Assembly: GCA_965218425.1 (NCBI GenBank)
Contig: OZ244621.1
Span: forward strand, 1,952,001 to 2,016,000
DNA from: an uncultured Candidatus Binatia bacterium
GTDB lineage: Bacteria > Desulfobacterota > Binatia > UBA9968 > CAXXLF01
Length of the DNA: 64,000 nucleotides
Direction of reading: 5' to 3'
Shown in pieces: positions 18,928 to 29,025 of this stretch (positions are counted from its first letter, which is position 1; each line of letters begins with the position of its first letter). A program made the translations under genes and the position numbers. A model generated the notes under the pieces. It was not told the origin of the DNA. It made no database searches and was given only the letters and a program-made list of their open reading frames with translations.

Positions 18928-19920
18928 GGGGTCAGGCCTGGGTATCTTGACAATTATTTAAGACAGGTGATATTAGATCAATGGCTCGCCGTCCTAGGCT
19001 TTTCGCCCCAGGCATTTTGTACCACGTGATTGTCCGTGGCAACCACAAACAAAAAACCTTCCTCTCCCCTCAGGACTACGAAGTTTACTGTGAACGCCTT
19101 GCGCGGTACCAAAACAAATTTCATGTAAGTCTCCATGCCTTCTGTTTCATGCCCAACCACGTTCACCTGTTGCTGGAATGTGGTGAACAGCCATTATCAA
19201 AGTTTATGCAAGGCATCCAGCAATCATATACTCAGTACTTCAATCTTAAAGTACAAAAAAGTAGGTCATCTGTTCCAGGGAAGATACAAGGCGATTATTT
19301 GTGACAAAGATGAGTATCTTTTAGTGCTGGTTCGCTACATTCATCTCAATCCAGTACGGTCGAAACTGGTTAAGAGTCCTGAGCAATATAGGCACAGTAG
19401 CCATGTGCTATACCTCAAGGGAAAGCCGGGCAATGTGGTGGATCCAACCTTTGTCCTCAAGTTGATGGGCGGTCGTAAATCGTATAGGAGATTTGTGCGT
19501 GATGGCGTTGGTGAAGGGCACAAAGACGAATACTATGAATTACGTGACCAGCAGATTCTAGGAACGGATGAATTCGAGCAGAAGTTGAAGGAAGAATCCG
19601 GGAAAAGCTACGAAGCGCCGAAGAAGAAATCGCTAGGAGAGGTCATCAAGCTAGTGGCTCAGCGGATGGGAGTTAACCCACAAGTTCTGAGGGGGCCAGA
19701 TCGAAGTTGGAAGGTTTCAAAGATCAGGACTCTCATCGTCTATGTATTGATAAGACGCTTTGGATTTGGAGTTAAAGAGGTTGCTGATTACTTGAATCGG
19801 GACCCTACGACCTTAACCACTCTGGTTAGCCGCCAATCCAACCGCTATCAGAAGGAAAGGGTGCTACAAGAAGAAGTCGAGAGAATCGCAAAGATTGTTT
19901 AGATATCCAGGCCTGACCTC
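18928..19920 (+). mobile_element. REP-associated tyrosine (Y1/HUH) transposase element with 20-bp terminal inverted repeats
   Basis: Left end GGGGTCAGGCCTGGGTATCT (18928-18947); right end AGATATCCAGGCCTGACCTC (19901-19920); 18/20 inverted match. Confidence 0.75.
18981..19902 (+). pseudogene. RAYT/Y1 transposase with C-terminal HTH, frameshifted
   Basis: YHVIVRGN, MPNHVHLL (HUH), YTQYFN, then a frame change near 19250 (CTTAAAGTAC, one extra A) into KKVGHLFQGRY, YIHLNPVR, YRHSS. Confidence 0.85.
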
Positions 19921-20279
19921 AATCCACCACAATCCAATTCCCCCAATTCCATAGGTGGCTTTTATTCTCATCCCAAGTCAAACGAACAAGTTGACAGTGC
20001 ATTCATAAATGTGCAAAAGCTAGACCAGCGTAAAGCGCTTCTCAGTACTGACTACTGAACAACAGAAAAACAGCAAGCAGTGCGCAGGAAGAAGTGACAA
20101 ATGGTGTAAAGTGTTAAGCGGGAGTGGAAAATTGAATTCAAAAACCGATGGTAATCGATTCTTAACACTGGAGACTTAACACTTCTTGATTGAGAGCTGA
20201 ACACTTTTAACGCTAAGCCTTTTGCGTTATGCGCTTAGCGATTTAGCTTTATCGGTCTGTGAAAAGAGGGGTAAATACC

Positions 20280-21953
20280 ATGGCCTATGATTTGGTGATT
20301 CGAAACGGTACGGTTATTGACGGCACCGGGAGCCCAGCCTATGAAGCGGATGTTGCGGTGGAGGGGAGTAAAATTGCGGCCATTGGAAAGCAGCTGGGAG
20401 GTGGCCGCACAGAGATTGATGCCCGCGGCAAGGTGGTCTCACCGGGGTTCATCGATCCTCACACCCACATGGACCTCTTTCTTGTCTTGTATCCCCATGG
20501 AAATCCCGTGGTGAATTTTGGTGTGACCACAGTGGTCATTGGCGACTGTGGCGCCTCGGTGGCCCCTGTGCCATCGGGGGACGAGCCGGTCAAGGTCCTA
20601 GTAAAGTATTTGCGCCGTGTACTTGACGACTACATTGATGACAAAGAGTGGAAGTGGAAGACCTTCCCTGAATATTTGGACTATTTTAAAGGGAAGGTTG
20701 GGATTAATGTTGGAGCCTTCGTCCCCCATTCGCCAGTGCGGCTATCGGTAATGGGTGAGGCGGCCTATGCGAGAGAAGCCAGCCCCGATGAACTCGAAGC
20801 CATGAAGAAAATGGTGCGGGAAGGGCTTGATGCCGGGGCCATTGGTTTTTCTTCGAGTCCACGGGGAGGCCCGGCGGTGCACGCCGGAACACCCAGCACC
20901 TTTGCCAATCGTCAGGAGATCGCGGAGCTCGGAAACCTTGCAGGGGAGTACGGTGGCTGTTTTCAGTTCAATGGATTTGGCAATCTCCTCAATCCGGAAA
21001 GCGGCATGACCGATCTGGTAAATCAGATCAACACTAACATGATCGGCAATGAGTTCAGGCTGCATCCAGGAGTAGCTGATGAAGGAACTCGTGCCCTTGA
21101 GTACCTGGAAAAAGCCAAGCAGAGAGGGAAGGACATTACAGGAATCGTCATTCCCTACCAGCATATCAGGCGATTTGGGATCGATGACTGCTTCTTTCTT
21201 GATGGCTTGCCAACATGGGAATCCGTTAAGAAGTCTTCCGAGGGGCTATCCCACCACCTGAAAGACAGAAACGTGAGGGCTAGGCTGGAGAAGGAAAGGA
21301 TCGAAGGCGCCGGTAAACCGGCCTTTCCCGAGTGGCTAGGTTGGGGGAGTATGATTTTTGATCGCATGGAAGACGAGAGTCTCAAATCCTTGGAGACCAA
21401 GACCGTGGAAGAGGTGGCTCGGGCCACTGGAAAGTCTCCGGTGGATACTTTTTTTGACACGTGGCTCCAAGACGGGCTCCGTTCACGCTTCCTGTACAAG
21501 GGCTTGGCCAACGGCAATATGGAGATCCTGGCCGATATGATCAAGTCCCCGCAGGGGCTCATCGGGACCGATGCAGGGGCCCACCTAAATCGCTTTTTCT
21601 GGCATGGGACGCCGGCGCGTATCCTTGGTTACTGGTGTCGGGAGAAGAAGCTCTTTCCATTAGAGGAGGCGGTATGGAAATTGACCGGTCATCCTGCCTC
21701 GAAGCTCAGGCTCAATCGTGGAAACCTCAAGTTGGGGTGGCCCGCCGACATCACGGTCTTTGATGCAGATCAGATTAAAGATCTTGTGAGCGATCGTCTC
21801 CCCGAGAAGGTGGATGACCATGAGGTCTATCGTCATCCCCCCGGAATAGGAGCGGTGGTGGTCAATGGTGAGGTAGTGGTGGAAGAGGGGAAATGTCTGG
21901 ATGCTTTCCCAGGGAAGGTGACCCGACAAGAGCTCTGCATGCCGGGTCTTTAA
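20280..21953 (+). CDS. N-acyl-D-amino-acid deacylase family amidohydrolase
   Basis: YDLVIRNGTVIDGTG, PGFIDPHTH, GVTTVVIGDCG, TDAGAH, ADITVFD. Confidence 0.9.
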   Translation: MAYDLVIRNGTVIDGTGSPAYEADVAVEGSKIAAIGKQLGGGRTEIDARGKVVSPGFIDPHTHMDLFLVLYPHGNPVVNFGVTTVVIGDCGASVAPVPSGDEPVKVLVKYLRRVLDDYIDDKEWKWKTFPEYLDYFKGKVGINVGAFVPHSPVRLSVMGEAAYAREASPDELEAMKKMVREGLDAGAIGFSSSPRGGPAVHAGTPSTFANRQEIAELGNLAGEYGGCFQFNGFGNLLNPESGMTDLVNQINTNMIGNEFRLHPGVADEGTRALEYLEKAKQRGKDITGIVIPYQHIRRFGIDDCFFLDGLPTWESVKKSSEGLSHHLKDRNVRARLEKERIEGAGKPAFPEWLGWGSMIFDRMEDESLKSLETKTVEEVARATGKSPVDTFFDTWLQDGLRSRFLYKGLANGNMEILADMIKSPQGLIGTDAGAHLNRFFWHGTPARILGYWCREKKLFPLEEAVWKLTGHPASKLRLNRGNLKLGWPADITVFDADQIKDLVSDRLPEKVDDHEVYRHPPGIGAVVVNGEVVVEEGKCLDAFPGKVTRQELCMPGL

Positions 21954-22365
21954 ACTTGTTTCTCGCGCCGGCAATTGCAAAGAGCAGAGCGCGATTAGTT
22001 CTGAGTAATATCTAGCTATCAGCGCCGGAAAGGAAGCAGTGGGGAGGAAGCAGCAAGAAATGAAGACAGAAAAGGCGACTCGCGCAAAGCCGCAAAGGGC
22101 GCTCAGTTTGGAGGACCACAGAATTCGTTAAGAATATAACCGCAGATTTGCGCGGGTTATCGCAGAAGAAGAGTTATTTACCGCCGAGACGCAGAGGAGG
22201 TAGAGAGAAATCAGAGATCAGATGTCAGCTAAGAGAATCCGCTTTAACACTGAGAACTAAACACTGAATTGTCGTCTGCGCCGCTGCGGTGATAATCTTT
22301 GCGAGCTTGGCTTAGTCCAAGGCTGATCCGTCCTCTGGCGGAGTCTTGGCACGAAAAACTTTAGT

Positions 22366-23757
22366 CTAAATGGAAGGCCGCTGCTCGTAGTGTTTGGCGT
22401 GTTGCTGATAAGTGTAGGCGGCCTTGATGAGCATGGGCTCGTCAAAAGGCTTTCCCACCATCTGGAGGGCCGTGGGCAGGTGATTGCCGTTAAACCCGCA
22501 GGGAACGCACATGGCTGGAAGTCCGGCCAGATTGAATGGCCCTACAAAGTCAGGCGCCAGGTTTCGATACAGTGTGGCCAGGGGGTCAGCCCCTTCAATA
22601 AGCGGCGCCGGCTGGGGCTGACCTGGCAGGGCCAGGAGGTCTACTTGGCGGAATGTCTTGGCAAGCTCCCGCTTGAGTCGGCTTCGAATCCGTTGAGCCT
22701 GGACGTAGTCGGCTGCACCTGACAGCGCCCCTAAATAGAGCCTGGCCCGTCGTGAAGCAGCGGATGATGCCATCACGGCTGGCAGATCTTTCTTGTGGCC
22801 TGCGAAAAATTCGTTGCTGTAAATCACGGCATTCGCAAGGGTAGCGTAGGAGAGGCTCGGGACGCTGACCTCTTCCAAATGAGCCCCCAGATGCTGCATC
22901 GACTTGAAGGCATCTTCTACCAGCGCCACGATCTCCGGATCAGACCCGTCCGCGCATTCGTTGATGTAATCGCGGGGAATTCCAATTACGACACCCTTAA
23001 GACCTTCACGCAGTGACGCTGAGTAGTGGGGGACGGGAACCCGAATGGAGGTTGGGTCCTTGGAGTCATAGCCAGCTATTGCCTGAAGCATATGGGCGGT
23101 ATCCTCCACAACCCAGGTCATGGGACCGGAATGATCCAAGGACCAGCTCAAGGGGGCAAGACCGTGCCGGCTGACGCGACCGTAGGTGGGCTTGAGCCCC
23201 ACAAGACCGGACAATGAAGCAGGATTTCTAATGGAGCCGGCAGTATCCTCCCCCATGGCGGCCATACAGAGTCCCGCTACGACGGCGGCACCGGGTCCGG
23301 TGCTGGATCCTCCCGTGGCATGATCCAAGTTCCAGGGATTCCGAGATTGCGGGACATCGGGAAGTCCACTCATCATAAGCTTGCCCAACACAACCGCGCC
23401 CGCGTCTTTTAACTTTGCGACCACCGTAGCGTCCACAGTCGTCTCCCGCTCTTCAGCATTTCTAATCCTGATGGCAGCAGGAATACCTTGGAGATCGAAC
23501 TGGTCTTTGACTGCCACGGGAATACCGTGGAGGGGGCCCCTGTAGTGCCCTTGCAGAATCTCGGCCTCGGCAAGGCGTGCCTCCGCCAGTGCAGCCTCCT
23601 CCCTTAGAACATAATAGGCATGGAGCCGCCCATCGACGGCTTCAATGCGATTCAGATAGGCCCGGGTCAGCTCCACGGGAGAAATGGCCCCGCTCTGGAT
23701 GAGACGATGGGAATCGTGGATAGTGAGGTAATGTAGATCTTTGTGATCCGTAGTCAT
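22366..23757 (-). CDS. Amidase-signature (GatA/AtzE-like) amidase
   Basis: GPLHGIPVAVKD, GGSSTG, GEDTAGSIRNPA, GLKPTYGRVSR; start at the ATG of MTTDH. Confidence 0.92.
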   Translation of the reverse strand: MTTDHKDLHYLTIHDSHRLIQSGAISPVELTRAYLNRIEAVDGRLHAYYVLREEAALAEARLAEAEILQGHYRGPLHGIPVAVKDQFDLQGIPAAIRIRNAEERETTVDATVVAKLKDAGAVVLGKLMMSGLPDVPQSRNPWNLDHATGGSSTGPGAAVVAGLCMAAMGEDTAGSIRNPASLSGLVGLKPTYGRVSRHGLAPLSWSLDHSGPMTWVVEDTAHMLQAIAGYDSKDPTSIRVPVPHYSASLREGLKGVVIGIPRDYINECADGSDPEIVALVEDAFKSMQHLGAHLEEVSVPSLSYATLANAVIYSNEFFAGHKKDLPAVMASSAASRRARLYLGALSGAADYVQAQRIRSRLKRELAKTFRQVDLLALPGQPQPAPLIEGADPLATLYRNLAPDFVGPFNLAGLPAMCVPCGFNGNHLPTALQMVGKPFDEPMLIKAAYTYQQHAKHYEQRPSI

Positions 23758-23765
23758 GGCGCACC

Positions 23766-24524
23766 TCAAACTTTCAAGTTCCACTCCGGATGAAAGCTCG
23801 GGGCAATTTCTTCATCATGGAGGTCCACAGAGTGAAGGACCTTGAGCCTCTCCCGGTAGAGTTCCAGCAAAGGTCTAAATTGCTCTATGTCTTTTTCACT
23901 AGGTTCAATACCAGCTTGCCTGAGAAGAACCATTAGAGGGTCACTTTTCGTTCCCGCCCTTTCTCCTTGCCACGCCTGGTCTCCGTTGCCGCTGACCACG
24001 GACGGAAACCAGCCACCGTGCCTGATAAAACCTCGCAGGTATTCTATCTGGCCGGCGTGTCGCATGTTATCGGCAACGATGCTCACGAGCCGGACGGCGA
24101 CAGTGGGCAGGGGTTGATACCTGGGTTCATCCAGGGTCCTCTCGAGATCCTGTGAAGTCAGGGAAGACAGGAAGTCTTTAGTCCGCTCAAAAACCGCATC
24201 AAGGTAACCCAGAAGGATCTGCGGGTCAGGTGCCGCAAAGGAGTCCACCTGTTCAGGTGTCTGCCTATGGCCGCTTGCATAGTCCTTGGGCTCGGGAGGC
24301 ATTCCAAATCGACCATGCCATCCATCGGCAATCCAAATCTGTTGGTGCCCGGATAGTTCAGCGATATTGTGGTCCTGGACACGGGCCATGTGCCAGGCCA
24401 GCCACGCAATATGCGGCTTCGGGCCAGCGAGGAGCTCCCGGAGAGAAAGGTCTTTAACGGCGGCGTGAACAACACCTCGAGCCCGGTCGAGGGCATCGGT
24501 GATCATGCTGGCAGGGCTATCCAT
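23766..24524 (-). CDS. DinB-family protein with C-terminal GatC/AtzG-like helical extension
   Basis: IAWLAWHMAR, QIW..DGW..RFG, RLVSIVADNMRHAGQ; extra ~60-aa tail ending in EEIAPSFHPE. Confidence 0.8.
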   Translation of the reverse strand: MDSPASMITDALDRARGVVHAAVKDLSLRELLAGPKPHIAWLAWHMARVQDHNIAELSGHQQIWIADGWHGRFGMPPEPKDYASGHRQTPEQVDSFAAPDPQILLGYLDAVFERTKDFLSSLTSQDLERTLDEPRYQPLPTVAVRLVSIVADNMRHAGQIEYLRGFIRHGGWFPSVVSGNGDQAWQGERAGTKSDPLMVLLRQAGIEPSEKDIEQFRPLLELYRERLKVLHSVDLHDEEIAPSFHPEWNLKV

Positions 24525-24628
24525 AACTCCACCTTCCTAACTGCGAATCTGGTTCGCCACTGTCTTATGGGGTTAGCCTCAAGGCGAAGGTAGTCTAGAC
24601 CAATTTCGTTCAATGGGCAAAGGGGCGT

Positions 24629-26069
24629 ATTGCGCCATGTATAATCTAACCCTAAGGCCATTCGTTGCGCCATTTGTAATTCTAACCCTCCAAGGGCTCA
24701 TTTTAGGGCTCAAAGAGGGCAACCATGGAAGGATTCATCATGGCACGACGATCCAAGCGGGAGTATTTACGATCCATCTATGACCGCTACCAGCACGCAC
24801 CACGGGCGGAGAAGGGGATGATCCTGGAGCAATTCTGCAAGGTTTGCGGCTACAACCGTAAATATGCCATCTGGCTGTTAAACCGCCCTGTGCCCGAAGT
24901 AGCCGTACGCAAACGAAGTGTATCTCGCTCGCCTGCATACAGTCAGGCGATGGTAAGGATTTTGGCAAAGGTGTGGGAGGCCTCGGGGTATCTGTGCTCC
25001 CAACGTCTGAAGGCCGCCCTGGTGCACTGGCCGCCCTGGATAAGGCAACACTTCGAGCTGAGCCAACCGTTAGAGATCCAGCTATTGGCTATCAGTGCCC
25101 GTCAGATGGATCGGCGCCTGAGGGCAACCAAGCACAGGGCGAAACGGCGAGTCTATGGCACCACCCGGCCCGGATCACTGCTAAAGCAGATGATTCCCAT
25201 CAAGACCGATCATTGGGACGTGAACACTCCGGGCTATCTGGAGATTGACCTGGTGTTACACTCAGGGGCCTCAGCGGTTGGGGAGTTTATTCATAGCCTG
25301 GACTGCGTGGACATTACCACCTGCTGGGTACAGCGCAAGGCTGTCATGGGTAAGGGCAGCCTCGGTATCTTGAATGCGGTCACCGAGATCGAACACCAAC
25401 TTCCTTTCCCCCTCAAGGGGATCGACTCCGACAACGGCAGCGAGTTCATCAACAACCAACTTCTTACCTTGTGTCAACAACGCCCATCTGGCCGCGTCAT
25501 CCAGTTCACCCGCTCACGCCCCTACAAAAAGGACGACAACGCCCACATCGAGCAGAAAAACTGGACCCATGTCAGAAAGCTTATAGGCTGGGACCGCTAC
25601 GACACGGCAAAGGCCTTAGAGGTTACCAACCGACTCTATGATGAGCTTAGGATCTTCCACAATCTGTTCCAGCCCTCGATGAAGCTACAATGTAAAATCC
25701 GTAAAGGCTCTCGACTGATTCGCCGCTATGACATGCCCCGTAGCCCCCTTGAGCGAGTGGTGGAGTCCCGAAAGGGAGATCCCAAAAAGCTGGCAGCCCT
25801 CAGTCACACGCTTAAGACAACCGATCCCTTTGAACTCTGTGGCCGAATCGATGAGCAACTTCAGGGGCTCTACAAGCTGGCCAGCCATTCAGACAGAGCA
25901 CCGCGGGAAAGGCCGCCTCTGAAACACACGCCGTGGAGGGAGTGGACGTTTAGCAAGAAACTGCAGGGCCAGCAACAGGAGATGAAACGACAGATGTCAC
26001 AGAAGTTCGGTTAGATTTTGTCATGACGCAACGAACCCGGCTAGGGTTAGATTATTTGATGGCTTGACA
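24629..26069 (+). mobile_element. IS element (integrase-core DDE transposase, ISNCY/IS481-like) with long internally repeated ends
   Basis: The left end at 24630-24688 and the right end at 26009-26069 form an imperfect inverted repeat of two GC(G)CCAT..AATCTAACC units. The right end terminates in ...TGACA; the exact left boundary is uncertain. Confidence 0.7.
24740..26014 (+). CDS. DDE-type transposase (integrase catalytic domain)
   Basis: PGYLEIDLVLH, IDSDNGSEFIN, FTRSRPYKKDDNAHIEQKN; N-terminal CGYNRKYAI HTH. Confidence 0.9.
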   Translation: MARRSKREYLRSIYDRYQHAPRAEKGMILEQFCKVCGYNRKYAIWLLNRPVPEVAVRKRSVSRSPAYSQAMVRILAKVWEASGYLCSQRLKAALVHWPPWIRQHFELSQPLEIQLLAISARQMDRRLRATKHRAKRRVYGTTRPGSLLKQMIPIKTDHWDVNTPGYLEIDLVLHSGASAVGEFIHSLDCVDITTCWVQRKAVMGKGSLGILNAVTEIEHQLPFPLKGIDSDNGSEFINNQLLTLCQQRPSGRVIQFTRSRPYKKDDNAHIEQKNWTHVRKLIGWDRYDTAKALEVTNRLYDELRIFHNLFQPSMKLQCKIRKGSRLIRRYDMPRSPLERVVESRKGDPKKLAALSHTLKTTDPFELCGRIDEQLQGLYKLASHSDRAPRERPPLKHTPWREWTFSKKLQGQQQEMKRQMSQKFG

Positions 26070-26400
26070 GGAGGGGAACCGGTAGGCAGACAGCAGCAAG
26101 CAGTATGCGGAAAACAGCGATGTCAGGGTTAGGTGTTGAGCGAAATAGGCTGTCAGCCATCGGCTTTCATCTATTAGCCTCGGAAGGGATTAGAAAACCA
26201 AAATGCTAAGGAGAGCTAATTTTTTTGGCCAGAATGGCCAGATAACGATCTGCGATAATCGGCGAAAATCTGCGGTTAATTCTCCTCTTTCATGTTGCTA
26301 TCTTCGATCTTCGACTCTCATCCCGCCCCACTCAGTACTCGTTACTCAGTACTAATCTGCGCTCTGCGCTAAGCTGCCTGCTGCTCACTGCATACTGCCT

Positions 26401-26982
26401 CTAGGGTTTAGAAACAAAGACGTTGTCACGGATGAGGAACCGCCATGGCTTGTCCTTCCATGGACCGGCATAATCCACACCCACACGCGGGCGTGCCACG
26501 ATGGACGGTGCATGCTCTTTTCGATCTTCCACGTAGATGAGATTCCCGCAAGCGTCAGCGCCGTTCAACGAGCGATCAATGGCGAAGGCCTGACAGATTT
26601 TTCCCGGTCCGGATGAGAGGTTGTGAAAGTCTTCGGTCCGCCTCCTGGCACTCATCAAATCCATCCCCGTCACCGGCTCGAGGGCGCGGATCAGCACGGC
26701 CGCTGGGTAGCCTAAGCGCTCCGTTACAAAATTCAGGCAGTGGTAAAAACCATAGATCAGGTAAACGTAAGCGAAACCGGCGGGTCCGAACATGATTTCA
26801 GTGCGCGCCGTTCTCCCCTTTGAGGCATGGCACGCTTTATCCCTGGGTCCCACGTAGGCTTCGGTCTCCACAATTCTGCCGACAGTGATTCCTTTGAGGT
26901 GCTCCCGCACCAGGTACTTCCCTAGCAACTGCCGAGCGACCTTGACAGTAGGCTGCCGATAAAATCGCCGCGAGAGCTTCAA
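26401..26982 (-). CDS. mpg: DNA-3-methyladenine glycosylase (AAG/MPG family)
   Basis: ARQLLGK, GRIVETEAY, MFGPAG.AYVYLIYG, AVLIRALEP, GPGKICQA, RVGV, PWRF. Confidence 0.93.
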   Translation of the reverse strand: MKLSRRFYRQPTVKVARQLLGKYLVREHLKGITVGRIVETEAYVGPRDKACHASKGRTARTEIMFGPAGFAYVYLIYGFYHCLNFVTERLGYPAAVLIRALEPVTGMDLMSARRRTEDFHNLSSGPGKICQAFAIDRSLNGADACGNLIYVEDRKEHAPSIVARPRVGVDYAGPWKDKPWRFLIRDNVFVSKP

Positions 26983-27013
26983 TGCCTGACAGGGCCTTTC
27001 CGTACCATGGTCA

Positions 27014-27889
27014 TTACAACTCGATCCCGGCCATGGCCTCTTTGAAACGGCGGATCGCTGCGATGTGAGCTGATGGGCCAGGCAAATTCGATTTCATGGT
27101 GTTAATGCTAATATGAGTGGCACCGAGGTCTTTCCACTTGTTAGCTTCTTCAAGCCATTGGTCCGCTACACCATTACCGTACATGATACGGCCTTCGACG
27201 CCCACTGCGGCGGGATCACGTCCCGCCTCGCCGCTGTATTGTCGTATTTTTTGGATCATCGCACTGCATTTGTCGTTGGGTGGAAGAAGCGGAAACCAGC
27301 CGTCACCCAATTGACCGACACGCTTCATCACTGGCTCGGCGTTACCTCCAAACCAGATCGGAATAGTCCGCCTGACGGGCAGCGGATTGATACCGGCATC
27401 AAAAACCTTATGCCACTTACCTTCGAAGTTTACGAGTTCCGCGCTCCATAGAAGGCGGAGAAGCGCTACCTGTTCCTCTGAGCGACGGCCGCGATTGTGG
27501 AAATTCTCTCCGAGGGTCCCATATTCAACTGGATTCCAGCCGATACCAATACCCAATCGCAATCGACCATTGCTTAGCACGTCTACTTCTGCCGCTTGCT
27601 TCGCAACCAACACAGTTTGCCTTTGCGGAAGAATCACGATGCCTGTGACAAGTTCTACTTTCACGGTTACGGCGGCGAGGTAGCCGAACAGAACAAAGGG
27701 CTCGTGGAAAAGGCTCTTGTGATCATAGGGTGGTTGCCATCCTGGACGGCTGGCAGGATTGGCCCCTACGACATGGTCGTAAACAACCAGATGATCGTAT
27801 CCAGCTTCTTCAGCCGCTACCGCATAGTCCCGGACGATCATTGGATCAGTTCCTATTTCCGTCTGTGGAAATATGACGCCAATTTTCAT
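27014..27889 (-). CDS. LLM-class (F420-dependent-type) oxidoreductase
   Basis: GVIFPQTEIG, YDHVVG, HEPFVLFGYLA, ILPQRQTVLVAKQAA, GRLRLGIGIGWN..EY. Confidence 0.9.
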   Translation of the reverse strand: MKIGVIFPQTEIGTDPMIVRDYAVAAEEAGYDHLVVYDHVVGANPASRPGWQPPYDHKSLFHEPFVLFGYLAAVTVKVELVTGIVILPQRQTVLVAKQAAEVDVLSNGRLRLGIGIGWNPVEYGTLGENFHNRGRRSEEQVALLRLLWSAELVNFEGKWHKVFDAGINPLPVRRTIPIWFGGNAEPVMKRVGQLGDGWFPLLPPNDKCSAMIQKIRQYSGEAGRDPAAVGVEGRIMYGNGVADQWLEEANKWKDLGATHISINTMKSNLPGPSAHIAAIRRFKEAMAGIEL

Positions 27890-28545
27890 AAAGCCTCCAC
27901 GGGTTTACACTCTTGGCATCCTTCTTTCGACGGAATTCCCCGAAGCACCCACCCTCGCCAAGGCTACGACCGGTCCAACCATCGCATTCTCATCCACAGG
28001 CTAACGCCCATGGTTTTCTGCAAGGAGGATGAACATTCTCCATCTGCTTCTATGGTTTAATGATTAGATTTAATGGTCATGGTGACTCTGTAGTATAACC
28101 GCGTAGTGACGACCTGGAAATGGAAAATTCAAGCCTCAGTCCCTTTTTACCTAACGGCTAATATGCCCCCTGCGCAGACAAAATTTGCCGCAAGACTGGC
28201 CGAGAAACGCCTTTAGGACCACTGCAATTACCTAAATCTCCAAACCTTTGCATCTCAAGGCCACGTAGTTCCCTAAACCATTAGGCTATTGACTGGTACA
28301 ACCATGGCCCTAAGGCGCGCCAACCCGCTAAAATTCAAGGCAATTATCACCGACTGGCGTTCTCGATCCCGCCATATCCCAGCAGCATAGAGAAAATACC
28401 CGACACCCTATCCGCTGGAACGCTATACGCTATTCTCCATGCGCCTAGCGCTTTCGCCTCTGCGGTAATAATCCTTGCGAGCTTGGCGTCTTGGCGCGAG
28501 AATCTTCGTTGAAGTTGTTCTGTTGAACTCTCTGCCAGAAGGGAT

Positions 28546-28929
28546 CTAACCATCCAACACAGCGACGGCCTGGATCTCCACGAGCATTTCGGGTCGAGCC
28601 AGTCCCGCAACGGTGATGAGGGCGCTGCACGGATAGTTCTCACCAAAGAACTCCCCGCGAATCTTCACAAACTCATCGCCATAACGTGCGTCAGTGATAA
28701 ATACGGTCATCGTGGTGATATCGTCGAGTTTGCCTCCCGCATCGGCCAGGTTCTGCCGTATGCGGCCGAATGCGTTGCGCGTCTGACTCGCGAAGTCGAG
28801 GGAACCACCCGCAGGACCCGATGCACCGCCCACACCCGCCAGATAAACCGTGGTGCCACTTTTTACCTTAACCGCACGCGAGTATGAGCGCTGCTTTTCC
28901 CGCTCCCCAGAAATGTATTCGCGACTCAT
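28546..28929 (-). CDS. RidA/YjgF family protein
   Basis: YSRAV, VYLAG, L.DAGG.LDD, LARPEMLVEIQAVA. Confidence 0.88.
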   Translation of the reverse strand: MSREYISGEREKQRSYSRAVKVKSGTTVYLAGVGGASGPAGGSLDFASQTRNAFGRIRQNLADAGGKLDDITTMTVFITDARYGDEFVKIRGEFFGENYPCSALITVAGLARPEMLVEIQAVAVLDG

Positions 28930-29025
28930 GGGCTTGTCCTTCTCACATGGAAAAAAGACCCGCTGGACCTCTCAAACCGATCCAGCAGATCATTAAAACT
29001 CCAGGTAAGATCAGTGAGGCGAATT

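Noticed and set aside
19240..19262. Programmed frameshift in the RAYT gene (A-rich AAAAAAG nearby)
   Set aside because: The break splits the catalytic domain and one extra A in CTTAAAGTAC explains it; a mutation or sequencing error is more likely.
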